Origin: Candidatus Omnitrophota bacterium
Lineage (GTDB): Bacteria; Omnitrophota; Gorgyraeia; Duberdicusellales; 4484-171
Direction of reading: 5' to 3'
NCBI GenBank assembly: GCA_021735655.1
Contig: JAIPGM010000003.1
Span: 32,001-96,000 of the forward strand
DNA: 64,000 nucleotides
Part shown: piece by piece, positions 27,387-35,979 of the stretch
How the letters are laid out: each line of letters opens with the position of its first letter
Position numbering within the stretch: position 1 is the first letter of the stretch
Translations under genes and position numbers: made by a program
Notes under the pieces: generated by a model
Databases searched by the model: none
What the model was told of the DNA's origin: nothing
The model's input: only the letters and a program-made list of their open reading frames with translations

Positions 27387-28435
27387 AAAAAAGGAAAAAG
27401 ATTTTATTCTTTGATTCTACTTTGCGCGATGGGTCTCATGCAATTAGCCATCAGCTGAAAGCTTCCCAGATTAAGCAATATTGTAAGTATGCAGATGACT
27501 CAGGGTTACATACAATTATTGTCGGCCATGGAAATGGTCTAAGTGCCTCATCTTTGCAGGTAGGGTTGTCGGCTCTTTCTGATACAGAGATGATTGTAAC
27601 TGCTCGCAAGAATCTTAAAGCTACGAAATTGGGAGTTTTTTTGATTCCTGGTTTTGGTACAATTAAGGATGATCTTGCTCCGGCAATTGATCAAGGGGTT
27701 GATTTAGTTTGTGTTGCTTCTCATTGTACCGAGGCTAATGTTACTCGTCAACATATCGAATACGTAAGAAAACGAGGCAAAGCCGCTTATGGGGTTTTAA
27801 TGATGCAGCATATGGCTTCAGCCGAACGTTTATCCGAAGAAGCTCACAAAATGCAAGATTATGGCGCATTGGGTGTTATTTTAATGGATTCTGCCGGAGC
27901 TTCTCATCCGGAGATGGTTTCAGAGCGGGTTGGCCTACTAGTTAAGAATCTTGATTGTCAAGTTGGATTCCATGCTCATAATAATTTAGGTTTAGCGATT
28001 GCTAATTCATACAGTGCAATTAAAGCTGGGGCTACAATTATTGATGGAACAGTTAGGGGTTTTGGGGCTGGGGCCGGGAATTGTCAAATTGAAGTTTTAG
28101 CAGGATTGCTCTATAAAATTGGCGTAAAGACAGGTCTAGATTTATATAAATTGATGGATGTTGGTGATGAAGTAGTAACTAAATTGAGTGAGAAATCTCA
28201 AGGTGTGAGCTCAATTAGCCTAATTAGCGGAATAACTGGGGTTTTTTCGGGTTTTTCTAAACATGTTGAGAAAGCAGCTAAGCGATTTGGCGTTGATCCG
28301 CGAGATATTTTTATGGAGTTAGGAAAAAGAAAAATGGTAGCCGGGCAGGAAGATTATATTGTTGACGTGGCAATGTATTTAGCTCAGAAGAAAACTGGCC
28401 AGAAAGACAGCTATCAGATAGAATCACTTTCTTAA
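27383..28435 (+). CDS. 4-hydroxy-2-oxovalerate aldolase-like (DmpG/MhpE family, DRE-TIM metallolyase)
   Basis: DSTLRDGSHAISHQ (DxxLRDG), FHAHNNLGLAIANSYSAIKAGATIIDGTVRGFGAGAGN and ELGKRKMVAGQEDYIVDVA match the MhpE/DmpG catalytic and communication-domain motifs. Confidence 0.75.
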   Translation: MKKRKKILFFDSTLRDGSHAISHQLKASQIKQYCKYADDSGLHTIIVGHGNGLSASSLQVGLSALSDTEMIVTARKNLKATKLGVFLIPGFGTIKDDLAPAIDQGVDLVCVASHCTEANVTRQHIEYVRKRGKAAYGVLMMQHMASAERLSEEAHKMQDYGALGVILMDSAGASHPEMVSERVGLLVKNLDCQVGFHAHNNLGLAIANSYSAIKAGATIIDGTVRGFGAGAGNCQIEVLAGLLYKIGVKTGLDLYKLMDVGDEVVTKLSEKSQGVSSISLISGITGVFSGFSKHVEKAAKRFGVDPRDIFMELGKRKMVAGQEDYIVDVAMYLAQKKTGQKDSYQIESLS

Positions 28436-28448
28436 TAAGGAGTAGACA

Positions 28449-30230
28449 ATGAGAGTGGCCGATTACATTTTTAATTTTTTAGTCGATAAAGGCGTAAGAA
28501 ATGTTTTTATGGTTTCCGGCGGCCAAGCTATGTTTTTGGTTGATGCTGTTGGACGTCAAAAAGAAATAGAAGTTGTTTGTACACATCATGAACAGGCAGC
28601 TGGGATGGCAGCTGAAGCTTATGGGCGAGTAACTCAAAAATTAGGAGTAGCTTTAGTTACTGCCGGGCCGGGCAGTATGAATATTGTAAATGCGGTAGCC
28701 GGAGGCTGGACAGATTCATCACCAATGATGGTTATTTCCGGCCAATCATCTTTATCATATGTACAGTATCAAGAAGAAACTAATATTCGACAGTATGGAA
28801 TTCAAGGAATTTACATTAAGCCAATAGTTCAGAATATTACTAAGTATTTTGTTACTGTTGATGATCCAGCAAAAATTTTATTTTATCTTCAAAAAGCTTA
28901 TTATTATGCAACTACTGGGCGTCCTGGCCCGGTTTGGATCGATGTTCCGATTGATGTGCAAAAGATGGAGGTTCCCGATCGCTTATTAGAAGAGTTTGAA
29001 CCACCGCTTGAGGCTTATCTTCCCGATGAGCTAACAGATAGTGTTGAGCTGTTATTGACGACAATTTCCAAAGCTAAGCGGCCAATATTTTTAGTTGGCC
29101 AGGGTGTTCGCTTGGGCGGTGCGGTTGATCAGTTTTATCAAGTTCTTGAAAGATTAGCGATTCCGGTATTAACCTCGCGTCTGGGAATAGATTTAATTAA
29201 TAGTGATCATCGTCTTTATGTCGGTCGTCCAGGAATTTATGGTGAGCGAGCAGCTAACTTTGCAATTCAGAATGCTGATGTTATAGTGGCTGTTGGCTCG
29301 CGCTTAGCAACAGCATTAGTTGGCTATGATTCTAAAAACTTTGGTAAACAGGCTTATAAAATAGCTGTTGATATTGATAAAAAAGAGCTAAATAAGATCG
29401 GCGTTGAAATAAATTTGCGAATTCATGCTGATGTAAAAGATTTTTTTAAAGAAATCCAGCGGCAGCTAGTTTCGGTTTCAGTTGGCGATTTTAGTCAATG
29501 GATTAAACAATGTAATGATTGGAAAAAGAACTATCCGGTAGTTTTGCCGTCTTATGAGAAGGAGAAACCAGTCAATTCTTATTATTTTACTGAAAAGCTA
29601 TCTCAGGTTACACCTTCTGAGGTAATGGTTTTGGTTGATACTGGTTCTTGTTTTCATGTGGCTTGTCAGGCTTGGAAGATTAAAACCGGGCAACGTTTTC
29701 TTACTACTGGGGGTCTTTCTTCGATGGGTTATTGGGCTGCAGTTTTGGGGGTTTGCGAGGCCAACAATCGAAAGAATACGATTGTTATTACCGGTGATGG
29801 TAGCTTACAGATGAATTTACAGGAATTAGCAACAATTAAACATTACAATTTTCCGATTAAAGTTATTATTTTCAATAACAACGGTTATCTTTTAATAAGG
29901 CATACACAGAAGAACTACATGAATAGTCGTTTTTGCGGTGAAGGGCCGGATAGCGGTGTTTGGTGTCCGGATTCTTTAAGGATAGCCGAGGCCTATGGGA
30001 TTAAAGGTGTCCGCATAGATTCAGTTAAAGGGCTTAGTGAAAAAATTAAAGAAGTAATTGAATATCCCGGCCCGGTGGTTTGCGATGTAATGACTCCTGA
30101 GTGGCAATTACTTATTCCTCGAGTTTCTTCAGAAAAAAAGCCCGATGGAACATTGGTTTCAAAACCCTATGAAGATATGTACCCGTTTTTGAGTAAAAAA
30201 GAATTAAAACAAAACATGCTTTTTGAATAA
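28449..30230 (+). CDS. Thiamine-diphosphate-dependent enzyme of the acetolactate-synthase-large-subunit family (YerE-like candidate C-C branching enzyme)
   Basis: N-terminal Pyr domain (VFMVSGGQAMFLVDA...THHEQAAGMAAEAYGR). ThDP-binding GDG-X24-NN motif ITGDGSLQMNLQELATIKHYNFPIKVIIFNNNGY. Confidence 0.7.
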   Translation: MRVADYIFNFLVDKGVRNVFMVSGGQAMFLVDAVGRQKEIEVVCTHHEQAAGMAAEAYGRVTQKLGVALVTAGPGSMNIVNAVAGGWTDSSPMMVISGQSSLSYVQYQEETNIRQYGIQGIYIKPIVQNITKYFVTVDDPAKILFYLQKAYYYATTGRPGPVWIDVPIDVQKMEVPDRLLEEFEPPLEAYLPDELTDSVELLLTTISKAKRPIFLVGQGVRLGGAVDQFYQVLERLAIPVLTSRLGIDLINSDHRLYVGRPGIYGERAANFAIQNADVIVAVGSRLATALVGYDSKNFGKQAYKIAVDIDKKELNKIGVEINLRIHADVKDFFKEIQRQLVSVSVGDFSQWIKQCNDWKKNYPVVLPSYEKEKPVNSYYFTEKLSQVTPSEVMVLVDTGSCFHVACQAWKIKTGQRFLTTGGLSSMGYWAAVLGVCEANNRKNTIVITGDGSLQMNLQELATIKHYNFPIKVIIFNNNGYLLIRHTQKNYMNSRFCGEGPDSGVWCPDSLRIAEAYGIKGVRIDSVKGLSEKIKEVIEYPGPVVCDVMTPEWQLLIPRVSSEKKPDGTLVSKPYEDMYPFLSKKELKQNMLFE

Positions 30231-31188
30231 TAAAGGACAAATTTTGATTAAGAAAAAAAACGTACTAGTTACTGGTGCTCGTGGATTCATTGGAAAAAAT
30301 ATTGTTGAACATTTCAAAGCTAACCTTTCAAACAATTATACTGTTTTTTCTCCCTATCATAATGAGTTAGAACTGCTTGATTCTCAAGTGGTTATTTCGT
30401 TTATTAAGAGTAAATCAATAGATCTTATTATTCATTGTGCTAATATTGGGGGATCACGTAAAACTGCCTACGATCAAGATCGTACTGATGTGGTATATAA
30501 AAATTTAGCGATGTTTTTTAATCTAGTCGGTGCAATGAATAAAGACACTCGAATGGTATTTTTTGGTAGCGGCGCAGAGTATGCCAGAGCCTATTATAAG
30601 CCCAAGATGAAAGAAGATTATTTCGATGAACACATACCGGAAGATAGCTACGGTTTTTCAAAATACGTATGTTCTAAGTATATAGAAAGTTCTGAGAAAA
30701 TAGTAAATTTGCGTCTTTTCGGAGTTTTTGGAAAGCACGAAGATTATGAGTTTAAATTTATATCTAATGCTATTGTTAAAAATTTATTAGGTTTACCAAT
30801 CACCATAAATCAAAATATTTATTTTGATTATTTGTATATAAACGATTTTTTAAAGATAGTTGAGTATTTTATAGATAAAATGCCTAAACAAAAGTTTTAT
30901 AACGCTGCTAGAGGCCAAACAATTGACTTGGTAACGATAGCTAAAGAAATTAATAAAGTTTCCGAAAAGCAGTCGGAGATAATTGTTAAACATGAAGGTT
31001 TGAATACCGAGTATAGTGCCGATAATTCAAGACTTTTAAAAGAAATCGGTAATTTTGACTTTACTCCTTTTGACCAAGCAATAAAGGAGTTGTATCTTTG
31101 GTATAAATCTAATTTGAATAAAATTAATAAAGCCAAAATTACCAAAGATGAATATATTAAGTATTGTCACATAGATAGCCAACAGTAA
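30223..31188 (+). CDS. NAD(P)-dependent sugar epimerase/reductase (extended SDR; possible 4-ketoreductase of the branched dideoxy pathway)
   Basis: VLVTGARGFIGKNI Rossmann motif and YGFSKYVCSK (YxxxK). Confidence 0.65.
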   Translation: MNNKGQILIKKKNVLVTGARGFIGKNIVEHFKANLSNNYTVFSPYHNELELLDSQVVISFIKSKSIDLIIHCANIGGSRKTAYDQDRTDVVYKNLAMFFNLVGAMNKDTRMVFFGSGAEYARAYYKPKMKEDYFDEHIPEDSYGFSKYVCSKYIESSEKIVNLRLFGVFGKHEDYEFKFISNAIVKNLLGLPITINQNIYFDYLYINDFLKIVEYFIDKMPKQKFYNAARGQTIDLVTIAKEINKVSEKQSEIIVKHEGLNTEYSADNSRLLKEIGNFDFTPFDQAIKELYLWYKSNLNKINKAKITKDEYIKYCHIDSQQ

Positions 31189-32498
31189 TGAATAACCAGA
31201 AGTTATTGCGAAAACAAATCCTTAAAAAGGTGAAGGACTTTCAAGTCAAAAGTCCAAAGTCTAAATTTGTTCCCGGCGAAACTTATATTAACTATGCTGG
31301 GCGTATTTTTGACCATGAAGAACTCATCAATTCAGTTGATGCTTCTTTAGATTTTTGGTTAACTTCTGGACGATTCGCTTGTGAGTTTGAGAAGGAGTTA
31401 GCAAGATTTTTAGGAATTAAACATTGCATGTTAACAAATTCCGGTTCTTCGGCCAATCTTTTAGCTATTTCAGCGTTAAAGTCACCGTTATTAAAGAAAC
31501 GAAGTTTGAAGGCAGGCGATGAAGTTATTACCACTGCTTGCGGATTCCCGACAACTTTAAATCCAATTTTACAAAATAATCTTGTTCCGGTTTTTGTTGA
31601 TTTGGAGTTGGGTACCTATAATATTGATGTTACTAAAATAGAGCGAGCAATTTCTAAGAAAACAAAGGCTATTTTTGTTGCTCATACCTTAGGTAACCCG
31701 GTTGAACTAGATGCAATTATGAAAATAGTTAAAAAGCATAATTTATTTTTTATCGAAGATAATTGCGACAGTCTAGGTTCTAAATATAATGATAAATATA
31801 CCGGCAGTTTTGGTCAAATTTCAACTTGTAGTTTTTATGCCAGCCATCATATCACTATGGGAGAGGGCGGAGCGGTTTTAACCAATGACCCTTTACTTCG
31901 CAAGATAATTCTTTCTTTACGCGATTGGGGCCGTGATTGTTTTTGTGAACCAGGCCGGGATAATAGTTGTGGTAAGCGGTTTTCTAAAAAGCAGGGTAAG
32001 CTCCCCTTAGGGTATGATCACAAGTATATATATTCACATATTGGTTATAATTTAAAAATTACTGATATGCAGGCAGCAATTGGTTTAGCACAACTTAAGA
32101 AACTTAAGAACTTTATTTCTATTCGCAGAAAAAACTTTGACTATCTTTATAAAAATTTATCACAATATGATAAGTATATTGCTTTTCCTAAAGTTAGCAA
32201 TAAGTCTAAGGTTAGCTGGTTTGGATTTCCTGTTTTGATAAAATCTGATGCGCCTTTTAAGCGGATTGAGCTAGTAAGGTACCTAGAGAAAAATAAAATT
32301 GCTACTCGTATGTTATTCGGAGGAAATTTAACTAAGCAACCGGCTTATCAAGGCATAAAATATAGAGTTTCCGGAAGCTTAAATAATACTAACTTAGTTA
32401 TGGACAATCTTTTTTGGATTGGTGTGTACCCAGGCATCACCAAAGATAAGCTTGATTATATAGCAAAAATATTCTCATACTTTTTTAAGAAATTATGA
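31188..32498 (+). CDS. rfbH: CDP-6-deoxy-D-xylo-4-hexulose 3-dehydrase (E1; DdhC/RfbH)
   Basis: DegT-fold protein of 436 aa in which the PLP-lysine position reads SFYASHHITMGEGG. The replacement of Lys by His is the hallmark of E1 PMP-dependent dehydrases. The other three DegT paralogues in this window keep the Lys (SFNGNK, SFYANK, SFYPGK). A CFCEPGRDNSCGKRF cysteine cluster is consistent with the E1 [2Fe-2S] site. Confidence 0.8.
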   Translation: MNNQKLLRKQILKKVKDFQVKSPKSKFVPGETYINYAGRIFDHEELINSVDASLDFWLTSGRFACEFEKELARFLGIKHCMLTNSGSSANLLAISALKSPLLKKRSLKAGDEVITTACGFPTTLNPILQNNLVPVFVDLELGTYNIDVTKIERAISKKTKAIFVAHTLGNPVELDAIMKIVKKHNLFFIEDNCDSLGSKYNDKYTGSFGQISTCSFYASHHITMGEGGAVLTNDPLLRKIILSLRDWGRDCFCEPGRDNSCGKRFSKKQGKLPLGYDHKYIYSHIGYNLKITDMQAAIGLAQLKKLKNFISIRRKNFDYLYKNLSQYDKYIAFPKVSNKSKVSWFGFPVLIKSDAPFKRIELVRYLEKNKIATRMLFGGNLTKQPAYQGIKYRVSGSLNNTNLVMDNLFWIGVYPGITKDKLDYIAKIFSYFFKKL

Positions 32499-33199
32499 AG
32501 CTTTCGGTAATCATAACTTGCTTTAATGAGAAGGCTACTATCCTGGCAGCCATAGAGGAAGCCAGGCAGTTAGATATCGATAAAGAGATAATTGTTATTG
32601 ATAATTGCTCTAGTGATGGCACGAAACAGATTCTAGAAGGGTTAGGCGATAAAACTTTACAGATTGTATTTCAACCTAAGAATTTTGGTGTCGGGCAATC
32701 AGTTAAGCTTGGTGTTGAAATGGCAACCGGCGATTGTTGTTATAGCCCTTGCGCTGATTTAGAGTATAGGATGAATGATGTTTTTAAAATGATTAAAAAA
32801 ATGGAGCAAAATAATTTAGATGCTGTTTTTGGGTCGCGTATTGCTGATAGAAAGAATATTTCAAAATTAGTAATTATTAAAGAAAGACCATACTATGCCG
32901 CAACAATCGTGGCAACGTATCTTATCAATAAGTGGTATGGAAGAAATTTCACGGATATTATTGCTCCGAAGCTTATTAAAGCAGATATTTTTAAAAAACT
33001 AGCTATTAGTTCTAACGGCCAAGCTTTTGAGTTTGAGTTAGTCAGCAGGTTGTGTGAAGTTGGTTGTAGAATAGCTGAAGTGCCTATTTATTATAAGCCT
33101 CGGTCAGCAAAGCAAGGTAAAACTATTAAGCCTTGGGATTTTATTCCTGCTTTGTTAGCTATGATTAAAGTGAGGCTATCTAGAAAAAATAAATCATGA
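32495..33199 (+). CDS. Family 2 glycosyltransferase (DPM1-like)
   Basis: LSVIITCFNEKATILAAIEEARQLDIDKEIIVIDNCSSDGT. Confidence 0.75.
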   Translation: MKLSVIITCFNEKATILAAIEEARQLDIDKEIIVIDNCSSDGTKQILEGLGDKTLQIVFQPKNFGVGQSVKLGVEMATGDCCYSPCADLEYRMNDVFKMIKKMEQNNLDAVFGSRIADRKNISKLVIIKERPYYAATIVATYLINKWYGRNFTDIIAPKLIKADIFKKLAISSNGQAFEFELVSRLCEVGCRIAEVPIYYKPRSAKQGKTIKPWDFIPALLAMIKVRLSRKNKS

Positions 33200-34611
33200 T
33201 TCATTCTTCGAGAAAAATCTATCCTTTTTATATTTTAACTGATGTGTTTTTTATCGTTTTAAGTTTTTTTATACCTTACCTGTTAAAGTATGGCTCTTCG
33301 CAGATATCCTCTAGTTTAAATATTAAACTGCCGAATTTTGAAGAATATGTAGTGATATTTATACTTTGGGGTTTATTTATAATTATTACCTTAAATCGAA
33401 AAGGTTTCTACGCTACTGATCGCTCGCTGAGTATTCCTAAAGAAGCTTTCCGAGTATCAATAAATATTTTATATGTTAGTATTTTTGTGGCCGGATTGAT
33501 ATTTTTTACTAAGTATCAGTTTTTCTCTCGTGAAATATTCTTTAGCAACTTTGTTTTGCTTTGTGTCTTGTTATCTGGATGGAGAGCGCTTAAAAGATTA
33601 GTTTTACGAAAGTTAATATCTCAGGGATTCAAAAATGTAAATGTTTTAATTGTCGGCGCTGGAAAGATTGGTGAGAGTATTGCTGCAGAAATTTACAAAA
33701 ATCCTTATTGGGGATTTAAAATTTCAGGATTTCTTGATGATAGTAAAGTCAAGGCAGTTAGCGACTTACCGATTTTGGGAACCCTGAGTAACTTTATTTC
33801 TGTGGCCAAGAAGTACTTTATTGATGAAGTAATTATATCTATTCCTTCGGAAAGGAAAGCTGTTTCAGAACTAATCAAACAGGCCCAGAAGATGAACTTG
33901 GGTTTAAGAATCATTCCTGATAGTTTTGAAGAACCGCTTCCGGTGGTAGAGATAACTAATCTTGGGTTAATTCCTTTACTTACTTATAAAGAGAGGAAGC
34001 ACCATCCGGCAGAGTTTGCTTTAAAGCGGTTATTTGATATTTTAGTGTCTTTAATTTTGCTGATTTTATTGTTACCGGTTTTTTTAATAGTTTCAATATT
34101 AATAAAAATAGATTCAAAAGGTCCGGTTTTTTATATTCGTAAGCGCTCTGGTTTTAAAGGGAAAATATTTAGTTTTTATAAATTTCGCTCTATGGGTCAA
34201 GACGCCGATAAGCAAAAAGCCGATCTTTTGAGTAAAAATGAATCTAAAGGCAACCTTATTTTTAAGATGAAAAAAGATCCGCGAGTTACTTCGGTAGGTA
34301 AGTTTTTGCGCCGCTATAGCCTAGATGAATTACCTCAAATATTTAATGTTTTAAAGGGTGATATGAGTTTGGTTGGGCCGCGGCCTTTTCCGGTAGAAGA
34401 AAGCGATAAATTTCAGTATGAACATCTCCAGCGGTTGACGGTGCGCCCGGGAATAACCGGTTTAGCCCAGATTAGAGGCCGTTCAGACCTTTCGGTTTAC
34501 CGTTGGATTAAATGGGACCTTTGGTATGTGAACAACTGGTCTTTTCGGCTGGATTTTTTGATTCTTTGGTGGACAATTCCAGTAGTTTTAAAAGGAAGAG
34601 GAGCCTATTAA
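33196..34611 (+). CDS. Undecaprenyl-phosphate hexose-1-phosphate transferase (WbaP/CpsE bacterial sugar transferase family; initiating enzyme)
   Basis: N-terminal TM helices, a central Rossmann-like VLIVGAGKIGE, and the C-terminal catalytic domain KFRSMGQDAD...PRVTSVGKFLRRYSLDELPQIFNVLKGDMSLVGPRP. Confidence 0.8.
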   Translation: MIHSSRKIYPFYILTDVFFIVLSFFIPYLLKYGSSQISSSLNIKLPNFEEYVVIFILWGLFIIITLNRKGFYATDRSLSIPKEAFRVSINILYVSIFVAGLIFFTKYQFFSREIFFSNFVLLCVLLSGWRALKRLVLRKLISQGFKNVNVLIVGAGKIGESIAAEIYKNPYWGFKISGFLDDSKVKAVSDLPILGTLSNFISVAKKYFIDEVIISIPSERKAVSELIKQAQKMNLGLRIIPDSFEEPLPVVEITNLGLIPLLTYKERKHHPAEFALKRLFDILVSLILLILLLPVFLIVSILIKIDSKGPVFYIRKRSGFKGKIFSFYKFRSMGQDADKQKADLLSKNESKGNLIFKMKKDPRVTSVGKFLRRYSLDELPQIFNVLKGDMSLVGPRPFPVEESDKFQYEHLQRLTVRPGITGLAQIRGRSDLSVYRWIKWDLWYVNNWSFRLDFLILWWTIPVVLKGRGAY

Positions 34612-34693
34612 TCTGCGTAATCTCTGCAAAAGATTTATTTTTTCCAAACCGACCATTTTTTTCGCAATATTTATCTTAGTTTCTAGTTCATTC

Positions 34694-35140
34694 ATGCGTC
34701 AGGTGATGAATTTTGTTAAGGCTAATATTGGAGAATTTGGGTTTAGAACTTTAATAAGCTTAATTTTACTAGCTGTCGGATTAGTTTTTGTAGTTTTTGC
34801 AATAAAGAAAATACCGAGCTTAGGGAGAGGTTTTTTTCTTGTTGGACTAACAGCTGTTAGTTTATTATTAGTTTGGCAGATAGAGATAGCTGAGGAAAAA
34901 ATTCATTTATTTGAGTTTGCAGTTTTAGGTTGGCTAGCTTTTAAAGATACTTGGAGTAAAGATAAAAAATCTAAAGGAGTTATTTTAGCTTTAGTTTTTA
35001 CCTTTGCTGTGGGCGTTCTAGATGAAGGATTTCAGGCGGTACTACCCTATCGTTATTTTCAAGGCTGGGATATTTTTTTGAATTGTTTAGGGGGTCTTTG
35101 GGGGGTGCTGTCATTTTTAATTTTCAGAGGCGCAAGATGA
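34694..35140 (+). CDS. VanZ-like small membrane protein
   Basis: Four hydrophobic segments and a GVLDEGFQAVLPYRYFQGWDIFLNCLGGLWG pattern typical of VanZ. Confidence 0.5.
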   Translation: MRQVMNFVKANIGEFGFRTLISLILLAVGLVFVVFAIKKIPSLGRGFFLVGLTAVSLLLVWQIEIAEEKIHLFEFAVLGWLAFKDTWSKDKKSKGVILALVFTFAVGVLDEGFQAVLPYRYFQGWDIFLNCLGGLWGVLSFLIFRGAR

Positions 35141-35979
35141 GAAAGTCTCTATTTTTCTTTTTGTTCACATTTTTCGTTTTTTCTTTTTCTGTTTTCGCTG
35201 ATCAGCAATTAGAAATTCATTTTATTGATGTCGGAGAAGGTAATTCCATTTTTATCGAAACGCCCGGCGGCGAAGTAGTCTTAATTGATGCTGGAAATTT
35301 AATTAGTGGATTTAAGTTGTCGAAATATCTAAAAAAGAATAAAGTTGAAAAAATAGATCATCTTATCTTTACTCATCCTCATCTTGATCATATTGGCGGC
35401 AGTTTTTTCGTAACTCAAGAGTTTCAGATAGAGAATACTTATGATAGCGGAGAGGATTTATTGAATCTGGCTAAAGAGCAAGATGTCTATCGTTGGTATG
35501 CGGATTTAGTAAGAGAGGATAGCAGATATCGAGTTTTAACGGCTGGCGATGGACTTTTAACTGGTGAGGTAAGCTTTAAGGTGCTATGGCCTCGGGATCT
35601 ATCGCTAGGGTCTGATTTTAATATTAATTCTTTAGTGATTATGATAAAATATAAAGATTTTAGATGCCTTTTAATGGCTGATGCGACTATTGAGGCTGAG
35701 CGAGAACTTCTTAAAAGAGGAGAAGTTTTGGGAGCCGATATTCTAAAAGTTGGTCATCACGGTTTTCGTGATGCGTCTTCAGAGCAGTTTTTAGGGGCGG
35801 TATCAGCTGATGTGGCCATAATTAGTGTTAACAAGGATAATCTTCGCGGTTATCCTTCATTAGAGGTTTTAGAGCGCCTAAAAAAAGAAAAAGCCGTAAT
35901 TTATCGAACTGATAAAAGTGGAACTATAGTTATTGAAGTAAATTCTAAAGGGGAATTTTTAGTTAAGGAGGAGTTTTGA
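35137..35979 (+). CDS. Secreted MBL-fold hydrolase (ComEC C-terminal-like metallo-beta-lactamase domain)
   Basis: Signal-peptide-like N-terminus MRKSLFFFLFTFFVFSFSVFA. HFIDVGEGNSIFIETPGGEVVLIDAGN...HPHLDHIGG. The start is set at the ATG at 35137, which overlaps the VanZ stop as ATGA. Confidence 0.6.
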   Translation: MRKSLFFFLFTFFVFSFSVFADQQLEIHFIDVGEGNSIFIETPGGEVVLIDAGNLISGFKLSKYLKKNKVEKIDHLIFTHPHLDHIGGSFFVTQEFQIENTYDSGEDLLNLAKEQDVYRWYADLVREDSRYRVLTAGDGLLTGEVSFKVLWPRDLSLGSDFNINSLVIMIKYKDFRCLLMADATIEAERELLKRGEVLGADILKVGHHGFRDASSEQFLGAVSADVAIISVNKDNLRGYPSLEVLERLKKEKAVIYRTDKSGTIVIEVNSKGEFLVKEEF

